Shown here: positions 56,419-64,000 of the stretch, one piece after another
Numbering within the stretch: the first letter of the stretch is position 1
Layout of the letters: every line of letters starts with the position of its first letter
IMG/VR virus record: IMGVR_UViG_3300005298_000010
Span: 6,775 to 70,774 of that record
From: a virus
Taxonomy: Duplodnaviria; Caudoviricetes
Length of the DNA stretch: 64,000 nucleotides
Strand: one strand, 5' to 3'
Notes under the pieces: generated by a model
Seen by the model: only the letters and a program-made list of their open reading frames with translations
Told to the model about the DNA's origin: nothing
Database searches by the model: none
Translations under genes and position numbers: made by a program

Positions 56419-57250
56419 TTTTGAGATCCTTCCGGATATTGCTACAGTATCGATTGGAAAAGCTTCACTTCGTTTTTGGTATGCGAGAAATCCGCCTTAT
56501 AGGGCGGATTTTTTGTTCGGGTTTAGTTCAACGCTCGGCTCGCATGCTGGGCATGTGCTTTATCGTTATTCACGTAAGCCCACTTGTTGGGTGGACCACG
56601 CGATTGCTGCTGGGTCCAATATTTGGAAGTGTGGTTATGGTCCCTATCGGATTTCGACTTTAGGGATCCCGACGGATAAGGAGCTAGACTGTTTGCTCTT
56701 TCAGACAAACTTTATGCTAGTTCCGAAGAAAAGAAAGCTGCTTTTACCGGAGACGCTCGGTGTACAAAGCGTTCCGGTTGAGCAGTTTAATGTGGCCGTC
56801 GGGATAAGAGCCCGGGACCAGATCATGCAGGGGTATTATTTCCTTTCGTATTTCTATTTTTATCGTTGGGCTGACGAGCTTCCCCGCACGCTCGAGACCC
56901 ATATCAAGGGGCTTGTTCAGGGTTGTCCTGTGAGAGGTTTAGACCCTCGACCGTTCGTGCTTGCGGGGTTTGCGGTCGGCATCTACAGTTTTTCTTTCGT
57001 ACTATATGGTTGGTTCTTGGAACCAGGGTTCTTCTTGAATATCTACTGGTTCCAGGGATCATATCCGAATATTTCGGTAATTAGGGACTTCTTTTGTCCC
57101 GTTCAGGAATTTTTGTTGTCCTGGGCACCGGTTTGTGCCTACATTCCGAAAAATATCCGGATACAAGTCAGACGTGTTCCGGATCATAGCGTAGCTGAGG
57201 TGGAGGCTAAGTCGGATTTGTCACGATGGACAAGATTTTTGGAGGGCTGA
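56384..57250 (+). CDS. Hypothetical protein, paralogue of 57226..58125
   Basis: YSRKPTCW...DKELDCL...PVEQFNVAVGIR...GYYFLSY; likely start ATG 56402. Confidence 0.7.
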   Translation: MRRLFLMEWTTNFEILPDIATVSIGKASLRFWYARNPPYRADFLFGFSSTLGSHAGHVLYRYSRKPTCWVDHAIAAGSNIWKCGYGPYRISTLGIPTDKELDCLLFQTNFMLVPKKRKLLLPETLGVQSVPVEQFNVAVGIRARDQIMQGYYFLSYFYFYRWADELPRTLETHIKGLVQGCPVRGLDPRPFVLAGFAVGIYSFSFVLYGWFLEPGFFLNIYWFQGSYPNISVIRDFFCPVQEFLLSWAPVCAYIPKNIRIQVRRVPDHSVAEVEAKSDLSRWTRFLEG

Positions 57251-58125
57251 ATATGTTTGACTGGAAGATAAAAAGAGCTGGATCGTTTTTGACAATAGAC
57301 ATCCAAGGCTCCGAAATCGAGCTGCGGCTTTGTGACAAGCCGCCCACGCGAGCTGATATTTTAGGAGCATGTCAGTCATATCAAGACTGGACGAGCTCAC
57401 ATATGATCTTCGAATATACCCGGGATCCGACATCCTGGGCGAAGTATATTCAATATAATCCGACAATGGTTTGTGCTTGCAAATTGGACGACCAATTGTT
57501 GGCTCCTCAGGGGCATTATTGTGATCGGGAGCTGGACTGGCTGACACTTACCATGGCCTCTATGCCCCAACCATGGGAAAAGAGGATTGTTATCCTTGAC
57601 CCTGTATTGGGCTCTGTAGAGGCCCCGGTAGAGCGATTAAACGCGGTGATAGGTATTCGTTTAGTCGAGGAAACTGCAAGGGGCTATTACCTGGTTTCTT
57701 ATGCTACTATCTACCGGATTAAAGACAGTAATAAGCTTGAAAATGCCCGTTGGTTGTATAGCCTATTGAATTTTATTCTTCGTAAAGGACGAGGGTGCAG
57801 AGATTGTGCCCTCGGCTGCTATACAAGGTTTCTGGTTGTGGGTTTTGTGGGTGGTGCTGTGGGCTCCGCCTACTTACTTCACAACTGGTTTTCGAACCAA
57901 CAACTATTCATGAATTTCTACAACTTTTTGGAAACTCCCTTGGAGGCGGCTAGGATTTACGATTTCCTTGTGCCAACAAGGGAGGTATTTTTGGATTGGG
58001 GCAATTTGATGCTCCCTGCAAAAAGTTTTCAGATATCCGTTCGTGATGTGGGAAATATGGAGTTGGCTAAGCGGATGCTGGTGGAGGATGTTAGTAGGTT
58101 TTTTGTACAAGGAGGCGATGTATGA
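57226..58125 (+). CDS. Hypothetical protein, paralogue of 56384..57250
   Basis: YTRDPTSW...DRELDWL...PVERLNAVIGIR...GYYLVSY; likely start ATG 57253. Confidence 0.7.
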   Translation: MDKIFGGLNMFDWKIKRAGSFLTIDIQGSEIELRLCDKPPTRADILGACQSYQDWTSSHMIFEYTRDPTSWAKYIQYNPTMVCACKLDDQLLAPQGHYCDRELDWLTLTMASMPQPWEKRIVILDPVLGSVEAPVERLNAVIGIRLVEETARGYYLVSYATIYRIKDSNKLENARWLYSLLNFILRKGRGCRDCALGCYTRFLVVGFVGGAVGSAYLLHNWFSNQQLFMNFYNFLETPLEAARIYDFLVPTREVFLDWGNLMLPAKSFQISVRDVGNMELAKRMLVEDVSRFFVQGGDV

Positions 58126-58547
58126 AGGAGCTATTTGGTAAGAGTGAACTGGAGTTGCTACAAGAGGCTAAGCAATGTCAGAAGTCGCTCGGCGAGGTCT
58201 TGGTCGATAACTATGTAAAGACGACCAAGAAACCTCTACCTCGCCCTCAAACCTTCGCTGAGCTGCTTGTTAAGGTGCTAGAAGGAGCAGCTCAGCGTAT
58301 TGTGTCTGAAAATCTTCGAGGGCTACGTACGGGAGAGGAGACCACAAGCCTTGCCGAGTACTATCCTGATAGACTTATGAGGATCTCGGTTCAATCGTAC
58401 GTCGATGTTGCGTTGAAACTGATAAGCGATGCCATGACGGGATACGAGTTTCTAAATGGCGTGGAAAAGGTGGTGTTTGTACGGGCGGTGGTAACAGAGT
58501 TAAAGAAGGAGGTCGACTATGAATCTGTTGAAAAGGCCGGTGAATGA
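58122..58547 (+). CDS. Hypothetical protein
   Basis: 141 aa with AAGGAGG RBS and ATGA overlap. Confidence 0.7.
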   Translation: MKELFGKSELELLQEAKQCQKSLGEVLVDNYVKTTKKPLPRPQTFAELLVKVLEGAAQRIVSENLRGLRTGEETTSLAEYYPDRLMRISVQSYVDVALKLISDAMTGYEFLNGVEKVVFVRAVVTELKKEVDYESVEKAGE

Positions 58548-59001
58548 GTTAACACGGTACTATCTCATTTTGGAAGAGGCCGTACGCGAATTGGTGCGGC
58601 GAGTGCCCGAGCTGGATTTGGATTCCATGTTCAGTGATCTCCACGTGCAGATCATTGAGGCTGCAAATGCAGCTCGGGCTTATAGGCTGATTGTTGGCCT
58701 TGCACCGACATATACAGCCGAAGATTTGGAGGAGGTTTACCATGCTCCATGGAAATGGACAGTTTCTGCAACGGACCTTAGTTACATCTTTAAAACCATT
58801 GAGCGTTACGACGAATGTCCGGAGCTCAGGGCACTCAAATGGCTAAATGAAAAGCTAAGTGAAACAAAGTTTTCCATGGATGTCGTTGCAAAGATCATTG
58901 TGGAGGCAGCAGATCGCATGAGTGCGCAGGATCGCTTGCGGGCGATTTCTGCCTCCAAGGAAGAGCCCCTTGGAGTGCTGGGGCTCTATTTGCCGAAATA
59001 A
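58519..59001 (+). CDS. Hypothetical protein
   Basis: 160 aa with AAGGAGG RBS. Confidence 0.7.
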   Translation: MNLLKRPVNELTRYYLILEEAVRELVRRVPELDLDSMFSDLHVQIIEAANAARAYRLIVGLAPTYTAEDLEEVYHAPWKWTVSATDLSYIFKTIERYDECPELRALKWLNEKLSETKFSMDVVAKIIVEAADRMSAQDRLRAISASKEEPLGVLGLYLPK

Positions 59002-59018
59002 AAAGGCGTGTTGGTTAA

Positions 59019-60206
59019 TTGGAAGATGCCCCATCGCCCTTGCGGGCGGTGGGGCATCCTCTCTTTGGTCCTTTTTTCCATTTGGAGGGCGAGAAAATGA
59101 TTCTTTCACGATACCCATTTATAGCTAGGATTAAATCTTACGACTTCTTTTACAAGACCAATGATCGTGCACAGCCTTGTGATTTGTTGGTTTGTCCTCC
59201 CGGTGATCGGGTGGGACTAGTGCAGGTACCGTTCATTGACTTTTTCAATAGCCTGGGTCCGCTTCGTTATCACGTCCCTTGGTGGAAGCGAGGCGATTCG
59301 TCTTGCCTTTATTTCTTGGATGAGGCAGGGCGTCCTGTGGAATACAAATTGGACAGGGCGATCCGAGAGCGGTTCCAGGATAATTTCAAGGAGATCGTTA
59401 ACAAACCCATTGTTTATTGGCACGACCATCTATATTTCCTCTCCTTTACATACTTCTCTTTGAATATTGGGCGATATCATTTGCCCTCTCAGCGGATCGA
59501 CAGCTGTGTGATCGACTCTTTCTTCGGTGATCTCCGCTGCTATCCAATTTGGGGCGGAGACAACAAGCTTGTCTTCGTGGTTAATCGCCTCTCTGGTTTG
59601 TTCTTGCTTGATGAGAAGGCGATTACTCTTCTGCTTACAAATTTCACCTTTGTTCCTTCTATTCGCAGTACCATCTTTAGTGTCGTGCCAATATTGGACA
59701 CGCCTATCCGGGCTTTAGTTATGGCTTTCTACTATAGTGATCTGACTCAAGAGACCGTTCTTGAGGATGTCTATTATATCCCCGATGTCGACGGTACGAC
59801 GGCTTATCGACCCTCTGAGCCGATCTTTCGGCAGTTTTGGTCGCATAGGGCCGTAAGGGACCGTATCGGGCTTTTCGTCTTCAAGGACGGTCAGATTTAT
59901 CAGTGTTTTGTCTTTGGCGGTAGTAGGGCACCGTACCTTATACCTGTTTTCGACTACGGTGCCATCTATTATACGGATCTTGCACGTATAAGCTGGTATG
60001 CCTTCTGCTTGGACACCAAAAGCTTCTCTCTTTTGGATCCGCAGGAGGTAGGTCTGTGGTTCAAGCCTTGTGATGAGTGGGTCTCTGTCTGTGATGAAGC
60101 GAATTTTCACGCTTTGAATTCGACCGCTCTCACAGAGACGATTCCACTACCAGCTCACAAGGTACAATACGAGCTTTGTTGGAAGCGTGAGGAGGGCGAG
60201 ACATGA
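59019..60206 (+). CDS. Beta-rich protein, paralogue family member
   Basis: YHVPWWKR, PIWGG, TVLEDVYYIPDV; likely start MILSRY near 59097. Confidence 0.7.
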   Translation: MEDAPSPLRAVGHPLFGPFFHLEGEKMILSRYPFIARIKSYDFFYKTNDRAQPCDLLVCPPGDRVGLVQVPFIDFFNSLGPLRYHVPWWKRGDSSCLYFLDEAGRPVEYKLDRAIRERFQDNFKEIVNKPIVYWHDHLYFLSFTYFSLNIGRYHLPSQRIDSCVIDSFFGDLRCYPIWGGDNKLVFVVNRLSGLFLLDEKAITLLLTNFTFVPSIRSTIFSVVPILDTPIRALVMAFYYSDLTQETVLEDVYYIPDVDGTTAYRPSEPIFRQFWSHRAVRDRIGLFVFKDGQIYQCFVFGGSRAPYLIPVFDYGAIYYTDLARISWYAFCLDTKSFSLLDPQEVGLWFKPCDEWVSVCDEANFHALNSTALTETIPLPAHKVQYELCWKREEGET

Positions 60207-61390
60207 AGCTGGTCACGCGGTTTCAGTATGCTGGTCGGTTGGTAGGGTGCGATTTCGTTCATCGTACAAGGGATCTAGATGATCCCGTTGTGGATATTCT
60301 CGTTCTGAAGCCAGACGGGAATATCGTTACGGCGTATTGCCAGCAATGGCATTACCGAACGACCATTTATGGCCGTCTCTTTGACTATCATGTTCCCTGG
60401 ATACGCAAGGACGGCGATAAGTACTATATGTGCGCCATGGATGGTGACCGGCTAGTGGAACATGAAGTTAGACTTTGTGATATGGATGAAACAATAAAAT
60501 ACACGATCGACAGCTATAACAGTGCGCCATATTTTGGGCTTACGTATTTTTATCGTATGCCCTTTTGTTGGCGCGGAAGGTTGTATTTTATTGAATGCTG
60601 TCAGATCGCGATAGAGGTTCACCGGTTTACTATGGACGGAGTGCAGAGGTGCGAAAGGACTTCTATCGACGGAAACTTTTACGACCTCGCACTCCGTCCC
60701 ATTTGGGGCGGAGCCGATCAGGCTGTCTTCAGTTTGATCGACCTTAAGGGGATCTTGACGTTCTCCGAGGACCGGATCGATATTTTTCAAGGAAGAAGCC
60801 TCGCTCCGCATATCCCGGGTGTGGTTCTTCCCATCATGGAGGAACCTCTAGGAGCGTTGATATTTTTCTTGGACAAACAGATGGAGTACGATACGGTTAT
60901 CGAGGACGTCTACTACATCCCTAATGTCTATGAGAATGTAGCCTATCATTCACATAAATGTCAGGAAGCTTTAAGAGGCACGAAGTTCGTCCGTAACTAT
61001 GTTGTGATGATGGTCGCAAAAGGAGGTTGTTTGCGACAGATAGTTGGTTTTTCTGTGTCTCCGGAGGTCGTGTTTCGATCTCCGTCGGTTTTTAAATATC
61101 GTCCGGTTATTGACGATAAGGTGGTAACCGTCCATGACTTCGTAGACGGTGCTTTTTATTGCTTCGATATGGATGATCTGATTTTAACGGGTCTAGGTTA
61201 TAGCCGAGTGCGTGACTGGATGATGCATAGGCCTACATCTCTAGAAGATTACCCTCGCATTCTTGTGGATTCCTATTTGACTGCAGGACGCAAGACACTG
61301 GCCATGGTGAAGCTAGATACGGTCACGCAGGCACCCTGGACCCACAATACTTATCGGCTTCAGTGGTGGCCTTGGAAAGCGATAAGTTAA
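60203..61390 (+). CDS. Beta-rich protein, paralogue family member
   Basis: YHVPWIRK, PIWGG, TVIEDVYYIPNV. Confidence 0.72.
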   Translation: MKLVTRFQYAGRLVGCDFVHRTRDLDDPVVDILVLKPDGNIVTAYCQQWHYRTTIYGRLFDYHVPWIRKDGDKYYMCAMDGDRLVEHEVRLCDMDETIKYTIDSYNSAPYFGLTYFYRMPFCWRGRLYFIECCQIAIEVHRFTMDGVQRCERTSIDGNFYDLALRPIWGGADQAVFSLIDLKGILTFSEDRIDIFQGRSLAPHIPGVVLPIMEEPLGALIFFLDKQMEYDTVIEDVYYIPNVYENVAYHSHKCQEALRGTKFVRNYVVMMVAKGGCLRQIVGFSVSPEVVFRSPSVFKYRPVIDDKVVTVHDFVDGAFYCFDMDDLILTGLGYSRVRDWMMHRPTSLEDYPRILVDSYLTAGRKTLAMVKLDTVTQAPWTHNTYRLQWWPWKAIS

Positions 61391-61409
61391 GTTTTTCGGA
61401 GGTAAAGCT

Positions 61410-62525
61410 ATGAAAATCCAGCTGCTGCCTCATTGGCGTGTTGTTTGGGTACAACCGCCAACCTACTGTTTTCTTGACATTGACTACAGTACGGACTTGG
61501 ACCCGCGATACTGCAAAGGTGGTTCGCGGGTTTTTGTTTGTCCTTCCTTAGACTACGTCGACAACCATAAGGCTGTCTTTAGCGGCCTACCCCTGTTCCA
61601 TGTGCCGTATCATAGGGCATTATGGACAGTGCCTCGGACAGAGGTTAGCTTATTCGATTATACCGGGGCAGTTTATAGGCTCGGCTCAGCGGTTTTTTCG
61701 CGAGTCTTGAGCCGAGAAGGGGACTATCCTCCCGCTTATATGATGGAACTGCTTCAACGTAACTCGCAGCCGCAGATCGTTTTATCCTCCTATTTTGAGG
61801 AATATTTTGTGCAGAGTCATATCTCGCTTGAGGACTTAAGCGTTGAGCGTAGGGTAGCTTATAGTTCTCCAAGCGTGAATGTCTCTGCATTTCTCTCAGA
61901 GGTCAACCCTGGACATATTCTTCCTGTTTGGGGTTTGCCTCATGTTTATATATTCCATCGTCGCATTAACGCGACACATTTTTACTCTGTATGGGACTTA
62001 AGGAATCTTAAGGCCTATACATTCTTCATTCCTGAAGGATGTGCCCTGTCTCATCTTATCTCGGATGCCTCAGTGTCAGCACCCGTCAGGTTTCCTGGGG
62101 CATGTGTCTGGCTCTGGCCTCTTGTTCACGAAAGGCTGATTGGTTTCCTGCTTCTTGCCGATTTACAATCGCCTATGGAGCAGGATTCCTTTTATGTTGA
62201 GTACCTGCCCCTGGAGTCTGAGGCAGGTTATGGTTATACCATTTCCACCTCCTATTACAACCAGCTTGTAGTTGTCCAGGAGCAGTTGTTACTCATGTTT
62301 CCATTTGTCAGGCCTTTCGTGCGTCTTTTCTCTCCTAGTAATGCCTTTGTGGTCACCGATACCCTTTTGCTTGACCTTTCGAAGAATCGGTTACAATTTG
62401 GCTTTTGTGCCGCCGATTCACTACTAAAGCAGTCCGTTCCAGAAATTAACGTTATTCTGGAGCGGGACAGTGTGCCGGGATGTCTACGCTACCGGACGGA
62501 GCCGATATATGCAAGGTCCCTTTAG
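61410..62525 (+). CDS. Beta-rich protein, more distant family member
   Basis: FHVPYHR, PVWG, WPLVHERLIGFLLL; GGAGGT RBS. Confidence 0.68.
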   Translation: MKIQLLPHWRVVWVQPPTYCFLDIDYSTDLDPRYCKGGSRVFVCPSLDYVDNHKAVFSGLPLFHVPYHRALWTVPRTEVSLFDYTGAVYRLGSAVFSRVLSREGDYPPAYMMELLQRNSQPQIVLSSYFEEYFVQSHISLEDLSVERRVAYSSPSVNVSAFLSEVNPGHILPVWGLPHVYIFHRRINATHFYSVWDLRNLKAYTFFIPEGCALSHLISDASVSAPVRFPGACVWLWPLVHERLIGFLLLADLQSPMEQDSFYVEYLPLESEAGYGYTISTSYYNQLVVVQEQLLLMFPFVRPFVRLFSPSNAFVVTDTLLLDLSKNRLQFGFCAADSLLKQSVPEINVILERDSVPGCLRYRTEPIYARSL

Positions 62526-62560
62526 GCACTAAAATTAGGTTGAAGTTATAGGGGCCTCTT

Positions 62561-63937
62561 ATGTCGCCAAAGTCTAGGTTTGCTGTCGACATCCCGGACA
62601 AACAACAATACGGTGACCTATCCGAGATCCAACCCGGCCAGTTTCTGGACTGGGTTGTAAAGGAGCATATTTCTTCTCGTGCAGGTAAACATTATGACAT
62701 TCGCTTTGGTGGCCCAGGAGGTCTTTATTCCTGGGCCACCAAACATCAGCTTCCTCAATCTCCTGGGGAGCTGATTGCAGTTTTTCAACAACCTTTACAC
62801 GATTATTCTTTTTTTAGCTTTGAAGGAGAAATTCCTTCCGGTTATGGTAAGGGTCCTGTTAAGACGGTACAGCAGGGTCGGATTCTAGTGACGGATGTTT
62901 CTGAGAATTCTTTGGATTTTACCGTCGACAAGGGCCGCTGGGTTGAGCGTTACAAGCTGATTCGTAGCCCCCAGAAACGGAAATGGTATCTTCTTCGGAC
63001 TGGACCGGGGATTCAAGTTCCTGAAAAGAAAAAGTTTCAGCTTATCGACGAGGATGAAGCTCGTAACCTTATTCGAGAGGTTGGAAAAAATATCGTTTCG
63101 GTTCAACCCAAAGTCGATGGGGCTTTGACTTATGTAATGATTACACGCAGTGGCAAGGTGGAGCTTATATCGCCTCGGATTTCTTCCATAACTGGGGGAC
63201 CTATCTTTTATACTGAAAAATTTTCCCCAAAGGCGATTCGCACGGATATCCCTTCCAAAATGAGAGGGGTGATTCTGGCTGGAGAGCTTTATGGGGTTCA
63301 GAAGACCAAAGATGGGGAGCGGGTTATTCCTCCTGCCCTTTTGACAGCGATTCTTAATTCTGGAGTCGAGAATGCCCGCAAGATTTTGAACGAAAAGGGC
63401 ATTGACCTTCGGGTCATGCTTTTTGATGTTGTTGATGCACCTAAGGAGGGAATTACGGCAGACCAATATTTCAATGTGCCTTACGAACGGCGGCGGGAGC
63501 TTCTTACCCACTATCTTAAATTTCTTCCCGAGAAATTTCATTTACCCTCAGAGGCTACCACCGAACAAGACGCCAAACGTTTACTTCAGGCCATTATCAA
63601 GCGTCGGCATCCTCTTACGACAGAGGGCGTGATTCTGTATCCAGCTACTGGTGTACCTTATAAATTCAAGACCTATAAGGACGCCGATTTTTATGTTGTC
63701 GGTATTACACCCGGTCAAGGAAAATACCGGAACCGAGGAATTGGTGGGCTTTTAATCTCGGATAAACCTGGCGGCAAACCCATTGCCGTCGTTGGATCAG
63801 GTTTCACTGATGAGCTTAGAAAAATGATTTATGAGAATCCTGATCAATACATTGGTCGTAAAGTTACTGTAAAATTCCTAGAGAGGACTCCAACTGGTTC
63901 CTTACGAGCCCCGACATTTCTTTCATTTGCCGACTGA
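62561..63937 (+). CDS. ATP-dependent DNA ligase with N-terminal LigD-type 3'-phosphoesterase domain
   Basis: PE: EH...KHYDIRF...YSWAT...FEGEIPSGYGKG; ligase: QPKVDG, AGELY, LFDVV, EGVIL, KFK; OB: VGSGFTDE, LRAPTF. Confidence 0.9.
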   Translation: MSPKSRFAVDIPDKQQYGDLSEIQPGQFLDWVVKEHISSRAGKHYDIRFGGPGGLYSWATKHQLPQSPGELIAVFQQPLHDYSFFSFEGEIPSGYGKGPVKTVQQGRILVTDVSENSLDFTVDKGRWVERYKLIRSPQKRKWYLLRTGPGIQVPEKKKFQLIDEDEARNLIREVGKNIVSVQPKVDGALTYVMITRSGKVELISPRISSITGGPIFYTEKFSPKAIRTDIPSKMRGVILAGELYGVQKTKDGERVIPPALLTAILNSGVENARKILNEKGIDLRVMLFDVVDAPKEGITADQYFNVPYERRRELLTHYLKFLPEKFHLPSEATTEQDAKRLLQAIIKRRHPLTTEGVILYPATGVPYKFKTYKDADFYVVGITPGQGKYRNRGIGGLLISDKPGGKPIAVVGSGFTDELRKMIYENPDQYIGRKVTVKFLERTPTGSLRAPTFLSFAD

Positions 63938-64000
63938 TATTTCTATATGCCCCAAGTTCTGCCAAATATCCCAACGGATTTCCTTCGGACAGTCCTTTCC

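Noticed and set aside
1-64000. tRNA, rRNA, CRISPR-Cas, DGR reverse transcriptase, integrase, host housekeeping locus
   Set aside because: None was recognisable by eye. csrA, recA, dnaB, dnaG and polA are divergent and embedded among phage genes. A tRNAscan/Infernal run would be needed to exclude RNA genes firmly.

Overview
This window reads as a 64 kb segment of a large tailed dsDNA bacteriophage genome, not host chromosome. I saw no rRNA, tRNA or CRISPR array. Layout: (1) 1-12.4 kb, rightward: Pro-rich and probable tail/baseplate genes, two Cys-rich mucin-like proteins, a GT2 glycosyltransferase, two sigma70-family sigma factors and CsrA. (2) 12.4-28.6 kb, mostly leftward: RuvC-like resolvase, SbcC/SbcD, an isolated rightward terminase large subunit, a MoxR-like AAA + VWA pair and unknowns. 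(3) 28.6-34 kb, a regulatory hub: a ~650 bp ORF-free hairpin-dense tract, duplicated terminator/promoter cassettes, two recurrent DNA motifs (TGAAA-N16-GCATTAA and TTTAGCTATG) and a YqaJ-like gene. (4) 34-43.8 kb, rightward: portal and probable virion/ejection proteins. (5) 43.8-64 kb, rightward, starting at a perfect TTGACA-N18-TATAAT promoter: an IS110/Nop-like protein, SF2 helicase, DnaB, primase, UDG-like-PolA fusion, probable SSB, RecA, paralogous unknown families and a phosphoesterase-ligase fusion. The best novelty candidates are the apparently domesticated IS110/Tas-like protein heading the replication operon, the two-motif/two-sigma regulatory hub with its structured non-coding tract, and the Cys-rich mucin-like proteins with their glycosyltransferase. 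All family calls come from motifs recognised by eye; no searches were run.
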